44,685 nucleotides of DNA from Malacoraja senta (Eukaryota). The stretch is from assembly GCA_038087875.1 (NCBI GenBank), contig JAXLNO010000222.1, positions 1 to 44,685 of the forward strand, in the 5' to 3' direction. The notes beneath the pieces were generated by a model that saw only the letters and a program-made list of their open reading frames with translations, did not search any database and was not told where the DNA came from. Below are positions 1-11,538 of the stretch, in pieces. How positions within the stretch are numbered: position 1 is the stretch's first letter; each line of letters opens with the position of its first letter. A program made the position numbers and the translations under genes.

Positions 1-621
1 TGACCTGTAGACTCGGATGAGTCAGACCCGGAGGTATACCCTCCTCAAGCAGAAAATATAATGGCTGCAAGGGTCGCTAGTTTGGACCTCCTGATGGGGA
101 AGATGATTTATAAAGAACCCCCACAGGAGGATTTAAGTCTGTGTTGGCCAATGGAGGATATAGCACAGGGGGTGCCTTGGATGGGACAGGCACAAGGGTG
201 GTCTACAGGAGAGACATCAGGAATGACTGTGCAGAAACATTACAGTGGTTGGCCTACAGGAGAGCCAGTGCTGGCCTACTGGAGAGCCAGTACTAGAAAT
301 GTCTGAACAAAGACAGTACAAACGTGCAAATGTGCCAGCACCGACAATGTCAAAAGAAAAAATAATGAAGCGTTGGCCTAGAATTGAGCCAGCGCCAGCA
401 GCACCTGGAACAGTGCTGCCTATCCGTGGGCCTACAAGAGAGCCCGCGCAGAGGAATCTGGCAGAGACTTACCTGAAACAGGGGAGCCAGAAATTACCCA
501 ACATGAAGAGGAACATCTAGATTCAGATGATGATTTATATGAGGACCAGAGCCCATTATCAGAGCTAAAAGTTCCAGGGCTAGCACAAAAGTGTGCTGTT
601 CCCAGAGTAAAAGGGGAACCT

Positions 622-1324
622 TTGAGAGAGGAAATAGCTATGACTATAAATTATCTGCTCTCCCATCAGCTCCAGGAATTAGCTATGGATGATACTATTA
701 AACAGTATGAGACCCCGGAAAATTGTGAATTGCTAGCAGTTCCAGCAGTGAATAACTTGATATGGGGTTATTTGAGCATTGGTTTACGCTCACAAGAATT
801 GAAATTACAACGAGTGCTGAAATTGCTGGGGTCAGGCATTACGGCGTTTGCCAGGGGATTGGATGAAGATTTTATATCGGATTCACAACAAGATGCCTTA
901 GCACTCATGTGTAGTGCGCACTTTGAAATAAATTGTATTCGTAAAAATGCAATAAGACCAAATATTCATCCTAAGTATGCAGGGCTCTGCAAACCATCCA
1001 ATATACAAATGCCTAATCTGCTGTTTGGAGAAAATCTAGCAAAGAAGCTAAAGGACTTAAATGAAGTCAAAGACCATGAGTGGTATGATGATGAAGCCAT
1101 CTATGCTGAGCAGAGCGGTGCGAAGGCAGTATCCCTACAGGCGGAATGCTGGTGCTGGAGAAGGAACAAGCCGATCATTCTCGTATACACGTTGGCGTGC
1201 TGCACCGGGGATACGGGGAGGTTACAATGTGCCTACTAGAAGGGGACAACAATTGCCGGTGGCAAACCCCGAGGTAGGGGGGCCTGGTCTGGTAAGAAAC
1301 ACAACAAATGTTTCACACTCATAA
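622..1324 (+). pseudogene. DIRS ORF1 (gag-like), frameshifted
   Basis: ORF 622-1239 (PENCELLAVPAVN...IW, LLFGENLAKKLKDL) lies directly upstream of the DIRS RT. It probably continues in the 1061-1324 frame as a basic/Gly-rich tail. Confidence 0.65.
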
Positions 1325-3087
1325 ATAGGGGGAAGGTTACGATTCTTCCTAAAAGAATGGCAATTAATAACAAATGATTCATTTATTCTATGTAGCATTG
1401 TAGGATTCAAAATTGAGTTCTATCCACATTTGGATCCTCCAATTCAGCATAATTCAAACTGGTCACGGATTTTCTCAAAGGAAGAGAATAAGTTGATCAA
1501 GGGAGAATTGAAAATTTTATGCGAAAAAGGGGTAATAGAAAAGTCAGTAGAACAACACCATCAGTTTGTGTCAAATATTTTTCCTAGAACAAAAAAGGAT
1601 GGTGGATGTAGAATCATTTTGGATCTGACAAATCTTAACCTTTATGTACAATATAAACATTTCAAAATGGAAACATTTACTAATGCCATTCAGCTGGTCA
1701 CAAATAATTGCTACATGGCAAGCATAGATCTGCAAGATGCATATTATTCTGTGGCAATGCATGGTAATGATCAAAGATATTTGAAATTTAGATGGATGAG
1801 TCAGTTATGGCAATTTAAAGCATTGCCCAATGGCCTGACTTCAGCACCAAGATTATTCACTAAATTACTCAAACCAATTTTAGCTCTGCTAAGAGCTGAG
1901 GGCCATGTATTAATGGCTTATTTAGATGATATTCTGATTGTGGGGGACACTTTGGCTACTGCAAAATTGTCAGTATCTAGAGTCAAGTACATTTTTGAAA
2001 AAATGGGTTTCATTATTCACCTACAAAAATCAAAATTGTTACCAAGCAAGAAGATTGATTACCTAGGGTTCACAATTGCTGGGCAAATTAATTGCTGGGT
2101 TTCCAGCTGTAAGGTTTGGACCATTGCATTATCAATGTTTGCAGAGGGCTAAGGTACAAGCATTAAAGATGAATACAGGGCATTTTGACAGGCCCATGAA
2201 ATTGACAATTGGATCCATTACAGAAATAGAATGGTGGATTAACAATGTCTCTAATGCCTCCAGAAAAGTTCTGGTAGAAACACCTTCTGTCATTCTACAG
2301 ACTGATGTAAGTGCTCTTGGATGGGGCGCAACTAACATGATTTCCAGCTGTGGAGGTAGGTGGAATGTGAATGAAGTACCTTTGCTGGAAAATCAGGGGA
2401 TCAATTACCTAGAGCTGTAAGGAGCATTTTATGGCCTTAAAGCTTATTGCACTAATATGGGAAATGTGCATGTTCAGGTACCGGTTGACAATACTACAGC
2501 TGTAGCATACATAAATCACATGGGTGGTATCAAATCAGAATCATGTGATAGATTGGCAAATGAAATTTGGACCTAGTCTATTGCTAGGAAAATTTGGCTG
2601 TCAGCAATATATTTACCAGGAAAATTTAACATAATTGCAGACAAAAGATCACGTAAATTTAATAATACAGAATGGATGTTACATCAGGAAATATTTACGC
2701 AAATTGTAACACAATTTGGAATGCCAGAGATTGATTTGTTTGCGTCAAGACTAAACCACCAATTGCCTAAGTATGTGTCATGGGAACCTGCTCCTGGTGC
2801 AGTAGCGGTGGATGCTTTCTCGCTACATTGGGGTGGTATGTTTCTGTATGCATTTCCTCCATTTTGTTTAATCAATAAGATGCATACAGAAAATAAAACA
2901 GGACTCAGCCTCGGGGATTTTGGTGGTACCAGATAGGCCTACACTGCTATGGTACCCACTGGTGTTAAACATAATCAAAGAACCCCTTATGGTGATTCCA
3001 AAGCAGGTGAAACTGCTTGTAAACCCTGTAACTAATGAACCACATCCTTTACATGATCGTATTGGTTTGTTGATTTGCAGATTCTGA
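1325..3087 (+). pseudogene. DIRS pol: reverse transcriptase, RNase H and Dam-like methyltransferase domain (disrupted)
   Basis: IGGRL..FLKEW start; KKDGGCRIILDL; YLDD; RNase H motifs LQTDVS..GWGA, INYLEL, VDNTTAVAYINHMGG; MT motifs IDLFAS and YAFPPF (2676-2936). There is a deletion/frameshift near 2077 and in-frame stops such as 2418-2420. Confidence 0.9.
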
Positions 3088-3102
3088 AAAGGCCATATCT
3101 TG

Positions 3103-3513
3103 GAAGAGGATTATCAGACCGTACGGTGGATGTTATGACAGCGGCCTGGAGGAATAGTACCCAGAAGCAGTACATTTCTTATATAAAGAAATGGGAGGTG
3201 TATATAACACAGCAGAAATTTCAGATGTATTAGAGTTTCTTTCAACTCTTTACTACGAATTAAAATTAAGTTATAGTGCAATCAATACTGCACGAAGTGC
3301 ACTCTCTGCATATTTAAGCAGTGAATCAGAACAAAATCCAATAGGATCACATCCTTGGGTCTGTTGGTTTATGAAGGGAATTTTCAACTCCAATCCTCCT
3401 AGACCTAGGTATACAGAAATCTGGAATGTAAAAGATGTACTGATGCTGCTGAGGGATTGGAATCCTATTGAAACTCTGTCATTAGCCAAAATCACCATGA
3501 AATTGGTTATGCT
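3103..3513 (+). pseudogene. DIRS tyrosine recombinase, N-terminal part
   Basis: AWRNSTQKQY, LSYSAINTARSALS, FMKGIFNSNPPRPRY..IWNV, ending ITMKLVML at the L1 insertion site. Confidence 0.88.
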
Positions 3514-6500
3514 TTTTTTTTTGTTTTGTTTATTTTATTAGAAGTTAATACAATCCAAAACAATACAATGGTACCTAATTTTAGGTGCCAACTATGTCAT
3601 AACGTAATACATTCTATGTACAACCTCTAGTTAATGTTTTTGAAAAGGAAATTAAAAAAAACAAAAAATAGAGAGAAGAAAAAGAAGAAAAATAGATAGT
3701 AGAAAATAGAAAAACGTGAAGTGTGTATATAAGAAAAGAAAAAGTAGAAAGTAGAAATAGTAGAAAAAGGCCCTTAAAAAAGAAATTTTAAAATCTTTGT
3801 TCGGAGATGTAAATCTATCCTCGACCTGACCTGAAATCAGTAATCTTTACGATACTGCTGCATCACATGATTCCAAAAAGTCGATGAAAGGGGACTAACT
3901 CCTTAAGAATTGGTCATATTTATCTATTAGGCGGAGTCTCATTTCTTCAAGGTGTGCTATGTCCGTCATATTCCGAATCCACATTTTAATAGTTGGTATA
4001 GCTGTATTTTTCCAAAATTTAAGTATCAATTTCTTTCCAATTATTAACCCATAATTAAAGAATACTTTTTGGTCTTTGTTTAAATTGATATATTCTACTA
4101 TTATTCCAAATATAATCCATTCCATATTAGGTTCTATTCTTGACTTGAAGAGCTTTGTAAATATATCAAATATATCGCTCCAAAATTTATTCAACTTTGT
4201 ACATCCTACAAATGAATGTGTTATATTGGCATTTTGAAACAAACATTTATCGCATCTGGGAGAGACGTTTGGGTAGAATTTATTCAACCTCGTTTTTGAA
4301 TAATATAGTCTATGTAATAATTTAAATTGAATTAAATTATGTCTTGCATTAATGGAACAATTATGTGTGTTCATCAGATACTTTTTCCATCTATCTTTCA
4401 GGATCTTTATCATTAGTTCATGTTCCCAATCTTCTCTTAGTGCCTCTGTTGAGGGTAATTCTCTATTTAATATACTATTATAAAAATATGATATTAGTTT
4501 TTGTGAATCAGCCTTAATATTCATTGCTTCTTCTAAAGGGTCTAAAATATAGTTTCAAATCTATGTATATATTTCTTCATAAAGTCACATATCTGTATAT
4601 ATTTAAAATATTGATTATCATTCAGTTTAAATTTTAATTTTAATTGTTGAAATGATAACAATTTGCCCAATTCATACATATCTCCTACTTTCCTAATCCC
4701 CAGTCTATCCCATTGTTTATATGTTTTGTCGATAAGAGATGGTTTGAATGCAGGATTGTTCAATATTGGGGTTAGTACTGATAGATTATTTAATTTCAAG
4801 GATAATTTTATTTGTTTCCAAATTCTTATTGTATTGTGAATAATTGGGTTCTTCTTATATGTTATACTATTCAATTTTATCGGTGAGAACAAGATCGTTC
4901 CTATATCGTACGGGAAACACTCCTCTTTCTCCATTCTTATCCACTCCGACTGGTAAGTGGAACTATCCAACCAGTACATTATGTTCTTAATATGCACTGC
5001 CCAGTAGTAATACGTAAAGTTAGGTAGTGATAAACCCCCAACTTCTTTAGGTTTACACAAATGCTTTCGTTGAATTCTGTGTGCTCTATAATCCCATATA
5101 AAATTAGTAATATTAGAATCTAGTTTTTTGGAATATATATTGGGATCACTTGAAACAAATATATTAATTGTGGTAAGAAAGTCATTTTTATAGCGTTAAT
5201 TCTACCTATCAATGAGAGTGGGAACATTTTCCAAAATGTAATCATAACATTCAGTTTATTTAATAGTGGCATAAAATTGGCGCTAAATAATGATTTGTGT
5301 CTTCTCGTAATTTGAATACCTAAATACTTGAATTTTTCTGTTGCAATTTTGAAAGGGAATTTTAATGTCTCGCATCCTGTGGTTTTAAAGACATAATTTC
5401 GCTTTTATTCCAATTTATTCTATATCCTGAAAAATAACCAAATTCCTCAATTATTGTTAATAAGGTGGGGATACTCGTTTGTGTATTAGTAATATATAAA
5501 AGAATATCATCAGCATATAATGAAATTTTATTCTTTGAGTCCTTAGTATTATATCCGTGGATATTCGGATGATTTCTAATCCTTTCAGCCAGCGGTTCTA
5601 TCATAAGGGCAAATAGCAATGGTGATAAGGCACAACCCTGCCTATTACCCCTTGATAAATAAAATTTTGGAGATAACATATTATTAGTTAATATTCTTGC
5701 CGTAGGTTTATCAGAAAGTAGTTTAACCCATCTAATAAAATTCTCTCCCGTATTAAATTTTTGGAGTACCTTATATAAATACTGCCATTCTACCTGATCA
5801 AATGCCTTCTCCGCATCCAGCGTAACGACTGAAATATCTTCAATGTCCTCTTTGTGAGAGTACATTATATTGAAAAGGCTTCTCAAGTTATTAAATGATT
5901 GTCTTTTGGGTATAAATCCCGTTTGATCCGGGTTTACCAATTTGTTAATATAATTATTCAGTCTTCTTGCTGGAATCTTTGCTAAGATTTTCTGATCCGT
6001 ATTTAGAAGTGATATAGCTCTGTAAGAACCCGGTTCATCTAAATCTTTATCTTTTTTTGGTAAAAGCGTTATTGTTGATTCTGCTAACGTTTCTGGCAGT
6101 TTATTTTTGGTATAAGCCTGCGTGTATAAGTTGAGTAATCTTGGTACAATTGACTCCTGAAATCGTTTATAAAATTCATTGCTAAAACCACCTGGTCCTG
6201 GGATCTTCCCATTTTTCAATGAGTTTATTATTTGTTTTATTTCTTCACTAGTAATCCGTGCTCCTAATTCCTCTTGTTCTAAGCTATCCAATTTAGGGAG
6301 GTTGCAATTATCTAAAAAATTTGTAATTTTACTATCATCTGTATTTATTTTAGTTGTGTATAAATTATGATAAAATTGGGCAAACCTTTTATTAATATCC
6401 TTTGGTAATGTTAGAAGCTCACCCTTATCAGATTTAATTTTAGTGATAGTATTTTCCTTTTCTTGTTGCTTCAGTTGCCTCGCTAATAATTTATGTGGCT

Positions 6501-8620
6501 TATCCCCAAATTCGAAGTGTGCCTGTTTTGTAATTTGGAATAGTCTTATTACTCTTCCCGATAATATTCTATTGAGTTTATATTTCAATAAGGTTATCTT
6601 ATTATGTTTATCTATGGTTGGGTCACTTGCATTGTCCAATTCTAGTGATTTTATTTCCTGTTCTATCCTCTGAAGTTCTCTTTTATTTTCTTTATTTTGA
6701 AAACTTTGATAAGAGATTATAGCACCGCGAATGTATGCCTTAAAGGTTTCCCATAATAGCGATACAGAAATACCCGGCGTCTCATTTATCTCGAAAAAAA
6801 TGTTTGTTTGTTCTTTTATATACTCATAACCCTGCGGGTTATTTAATATTTGTGCGTTGAATCTCCAAAAAGGTTTTATACCCAGCATTCCCTCGATTTT
6901 AAGTATAAAAGTCAGTGGTGAATGATCGGAAATAATACTATTATGGTATGATGGTTTAGTCGTATACGGGATTAATTTTGTATCCAATAAGAAATAGTCA
7001 ATTCGTGAATAAGTTTTATGAGCCGATGAGTAAAACGAATATTCCCTTCCAATTGGGTTTGCTATTCTCCAAACATCAGTTATGTTATTATTTTTTATAT
7101 AAGTATTTAAAAATTCACAGGTCTTAGTTTTAACAAGATGCTTCCCTACCTTTATTGATTTATCTAAATATGGGTCTATAACACAATTAAAATCTCCCCC
7201 CATTATTATATTTTGATAATTATGCTCTGCAATTATATCTACTATTTTCTTTAAAAATTGGGGGTTATCAAAATTAGGCGCATAAATATTTATCATAGTT
7301 AATGGTGTATTATAAATTTCTCCCGTGACTATAACGTATCTTCCCTCTTTATCAGATATGGACTTCTTTAATTTAAAAGGTATACCTTTCCGAATTATAA
7401 TGGCCATGCCTCTTGCTTTAGAAGTGAATGCGGAGTAGTAGGTTTGACATATCCAGTTTGCCCTTAATCTGATCTGAGTTTGTTGTTTCAAATGCATTTC
7501 TTGTAGGAAAGCAATATCCATGTTTAATGATTTTAATTGTGCCAGAATTTTACCCCTCTTAATTGGCTCATTCGCACCTCTAATGTTCCAACTACAGAAA
7601 GTGAGACCTCCGGTGTTTATTCGACTATTATCTTGCATTGGCTATTATTACCAGAATGTATGATTCATGTGATGCAGCCAAGTACCGCGAAATCCCAAGT
7701 CCAGGGTTGTCCTTCATAATTTCTGCACTAGTTTTACATCTCCTGGCACTATTAAACATAATTAAGGGAAAGAGAAAAACATAAAATGAAGTGTTCATAA
7801 AGATTGTTAAATCATACAACTCATAATAGTGAATAAACAAAAAAAGTGAGTGTAAGTTATCAAAAAAGCGATATCTTACAAAAAAGCCACCTATGGTGGC
7901 TAAGATTAATTTTAAATTGACCTCCGTCGATGGAATTATGCACTGGGCTTTGCCCCCCCAGTAAAGTATCATCCAACGTTAGTCGGTTTCCTCCACTTAT
8001 AACCAAAATTATGTCAGGTCGATTAATAGCTAAAAAAATTTAAATAAAATAGAAAAAAAGCTCGAAGATTTAAAATAAAATAAAATAAAATAGAGTTATT
8101 ATGGGTTAAAGTACCTCGTCATTAATCACACTTTTCATGTTAGTTAATTCAATAATTAGTATTTAGAATATCTGTCTAACCTCCCCCATCCTTCCTACCA
8201 TATAGTTAGTCATGTTAGTATAATACATTAAACCTTTAGCGTTAATTAAGTTTATTGCGTATATATAGTTAATTAGTTAGTTAGTTATATGCTGTATATC
8301 TAAATAATAGATCATATAGTACTGAGACAAAGGCAGACCATCAAGACTGTTTTAAATTCAAAAAAGAACAGTCTAATAATTATCAGGGCTGAAAAACTTG
8401 GCGCATAGCCAGCGACCTTGAACATTCCATTTGTTGAGCCTCAGTTTTTCAGTTCAAGATGAAGTTAGGACTCTGTTATTAAAAAACACATTCTTGCCAG
8501 ATAAGACTGTCTGAGACCGTCTGAAGAATTCTAGTGTCTTGTTTGAATTAAAAAAAAAAAAGTTCAGCAGGCGTAATGTCTTATTATTCAGTTTTTCCTT
8601 GAATTTTATTTAAAATCTCC
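3514..8620 (-). mobile_element. L1-clade LINE, 5'-truncated (no ORF1), inserted in the DIRS recombinase gene
   Basis: 10-bp TSD TGGTTATGCT at 3504-3513 and 8621-8630; poly(A) seen as a T-run at 3513-3522; APE and RT ORF2 on the minus strand. Confidence 0.93.
3895..7638 (-). pseudogene. L1 ORF2 (APE endonuclease + RT + Cys-rich C-terminus), broken into three ORFs
   Basis: SWNIRG, FLQE, GDFN, SRIDYF, SDH, LDAEKAFD, RQGCALSPLLF, YADD, GGLSLPN, and C-x2-C...H...C. Fragments are 5362-7638, 4542-5060 and 3895-4524. Confidence 0.92.
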
Positions 8621-9167
8621 TGGTTATGCTGATGGCATTAGTTTCAGCTCAGAGAGTTCAAACATTACAGAAATTAAGAATTGACAGAATGAAAGTAGGG
8701 GCAGGTGCCGTTACATTCTATGTCTATGATTTACTGAAGCAAAGTAGACCTGGGTTCACGGGATGTAAGTTGGAGTTTTCAGCATATCCTACGGATCCAC
8801 GGCTATGTGTAGTAACATATGTAAGATGTTACATGGAAACAACCAGAATCTTAAGAGGCACAGAATTAGCATTTTTTATTAGTCATAAAAGTCCTCATAA
8901 GAAAGTGTCAACACAGACAATTTCAAGATGGTTGAAACAGGTGTTAATTTATTCAGGTATTGATACTGATAAATTTAAATCTCATTCCACCAGGCGGCAT
9001 CAACATCGGCGGCCAGGGATTCAGACGTGCCAATAGACCTTATCCTCGCGGCCGCAGGATGGGCAAGTGAACAGATGTTTCACAAATATTACCATAAGGA
9101 GATTAAAGATCCAGGGGTGTTTGGTGATGCCGTGCTGGATTCAGTATTAAATCCCCCATTACGATAA
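8621..9167 (+). pseudogene. DIRS tyrosine recombinase, catalytic C-terminal part
   Basis: Continues in frame as LMALVSAQR (catalytic R), LKQSRPG and SHSTR (H-x-x-R). After a frameshift near 8995 it reads ILAAAGWASEQMFHKYY (W and catalytic Y). Confidence 0.9.
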
Positions 9168-9329
9168 ATGGGTTACTTTTGTTACTTTTGTTAAAATAAA
9201 TAAAACCATTAACTGATTACATTTAATGTTGTGGTTATGCATTGTTGATTGTGCTTACTCAATAGAGTCAATCAGTGCAGTGAGCACCTGGATTTTAATC
9301 CACGGTGTGAAATCACAGAGCTTTGAAAT

Positions 9330-9665
9330 CTTCACGTAGTCACTCACATGACTCCGAAGTAAAATAGTAAGATTAAACGAGAACTTACCAGTTTGAAGTT
9401 TGATCTTTATTTTATGAGGAGTAACGTTGAGGGATTACGTGCCCTCCGCTCCCACCCTCATAAAAGGATCGAGCTGGTAGTTCTAGTTTTTATGCATCTT
9501 ACTATCATACTTCAGTAATTATCGTCTGTGATTTTCACTCCGCTGCTTTGAAGATTGACGCGTGTGCGGCTGGACGGGGTCTTCTTCACGTAATCTCTCA
9601 ATGTTACTCCTCATAAAATAAAGATCAAACTTCAAACTGGTAAGTTCTCGTTTAATCTTACTATT
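9330..9665 (+). repeat. DIRS copy 1 internal complementary region (ICR) and right terminal repeat/extension
   Basis: 79-bp near-perfect inverted repeat, 9363-9441 versus 9587-9665. Confidence 0.92.
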
Positions 9666-11538
9666 CTTTTTGCTAGGGCTGCCATCCTATCCAGTTGCTA
9701 AGGTTAGATCATGTAGCCCAGTAGGATCAAACCACATTGCATGCTCCCATTTTATTTTGAAGTCACGTGAAGAGCCCGCCAGCCCGCATGCGCGTCAATA
9801 CGTCGACGTGTGGCACGGGAATCGGAGCAGTTTGATACTGCTCTGGCAGGTAAGCCAATTTTTGGTTTCAGGAACGGGCCACTGAGGTGAAGCGGGCCCG
9901 GAGTAGCTGACGGGCGCAGCCTGTGCAGCTGCCGCCGTTGCAGCTCCGAACGGGAGCAGGCGGCCGGATATGGAGGCCGCCGTGGAGGCACCGTAAGGAG
10001 CTGGCGTCATGCATAATTCAGCTGGAAGGTTTAAAAATAGCGGCTGTCGGCCGTGGCCAGGACAGCAACCGCCATGGAAGCACAGCTGGGTCAGCATACG
10101 CTGGAGGTTCCGCAGCAGCTAGCATTTTAAAAATAGCAGCTGCCAGCTGAGGTTGGTTCAGCATACGCTGTAGAGCAGCAACCACTGGCGGCTATAAATA
10201 GCGGCTGCCGTGGAGGCAGTAGGAGCTGGCGGTTTTTAATAGCGGCTGCCGCTCGGCCACGTCTGTAACTACCGTGGCAGAATGGGGCTCCACTGGAGCA
10301 GGCGGCTGTTCGGAGCATCTGATGGGCAATGCCTGTACAGATTGATGCTCCAAAAGGGAGTCAGCCAGAGGTCTGAGGAGGCAACACCTGGTTCAGGGTT
10401 GCATTCTATTTCCTCCCCTAAGATACTTCCTTGAGGCTCCAGTAGGGAGCAAGGAGCTCCTAGCTCAGGAGGCATTTACAGGCTGTGTCTGTCAAACGCC
10501 TGTGGGAGCAACTCCTGGTTCAGGTTTGCGTCATGATATTTTCCGCTCAGAAGAGGGGAGTGTTGGAGATTCTTACATAAGTGACTCCAACTATGTGGAT
10601 ATCGATAAAGATATCGAACCCCTGAACTTGGGGGGATATGCTTCATTTTAAGCATGTGAACAAAATATGCTCCGTGCACTGGAGGCATTAACAGGCGGCT
10701 CCAGCCAAATGCCTGTGGTAACACCTGGCTCAGGGTTGCAGTATTACTCCCACTCTGATGAGGGGAGTATTGGAGAATATTACAGAGGTGACTGATTATG
10801 GGAATATTAACAGAATATCTGAATCCCATGATTTATCAATAATTTGCGGGAGCTACCTGCTCTTGTCATATTTCCCATCCCTTTGGTGATAGGAGATTCA
10901 CTGGAGGAAGATCTGGCTAAAGGTATCCGGGACATATGCCAATCCACATAAGCAGCCAGATTTTTTGGATGTTCTATACGTCAATTCTATCTGAGATAGC
11001 CCAGTGATGTAGGCTAAGAATTATGTTAGCAAGTCCAAAATCCGCTCTGGAGTCATTACGGACTTTTGCAAGTCATCTCTCGGAAGTGCAGAAAGCTGTA
11101 TTAACACTTCTCTGTAATACACAGTTGGGGCTGTTGCCTTCGCAAAATGCTATAAGGCATGATATAATCCCCCAAAATGGCTCATTTTTTACAGGGCCAG
11201 TAATGTGCAGCCTACATAGTATCTCTTCAGAGAGGACTTATGCAGCAAGTGAAGACTTGCAGAGGTTAGGCGGCTGCAGGGGTGGAGTACCATCCTATGT
11301 GGGTAGGCTCCAGTATTCCGGCGGGGTTTTCTCCCTGTATTCATAGGAACAGGAAGCGCCGTTGAAGCCCTGGAAAGGAGCAGTCGGGAGTCACTAGCTG
11401 GCCTCGCAAGAACAGCTTGTTGAACCAAGCTTGCAGTATGACAGGCGTGACCTGTCCAGTGAGCCCGCTGAGGCTCCGAAGGAGCAGCTGGCCAAAGGAG
11501 CAGCCTGTTGATCCAGGCTGAGAGAAGCCTGTGCCGAT

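Larger units (their letters stand above)
1..9665 (+). mobile_element. DIRS1-like tyrosine-recombinase retrotransposon, copy 1 (5' end outside window; interrupted by L1)
   Basis: Ordered gag-like ORF, RT (ASIDLQDAY, LPNGLTSAPRLFTK, YLDD), RNase H, methyltransferase-like domain and tyrosine recombinase, followed by an ICR/right-terminal inverted repeat ending ...CTTACTATT at 9665. Confidence 0.93.

Noticed and set aside
61..520. Short ORFs with a repeated WPTGEPVL (22-bp tandem repeat near 250-293)
   Set aside because: Probably the disrupted low-complexity 5' part of DIRS ORF1, not independent genes.
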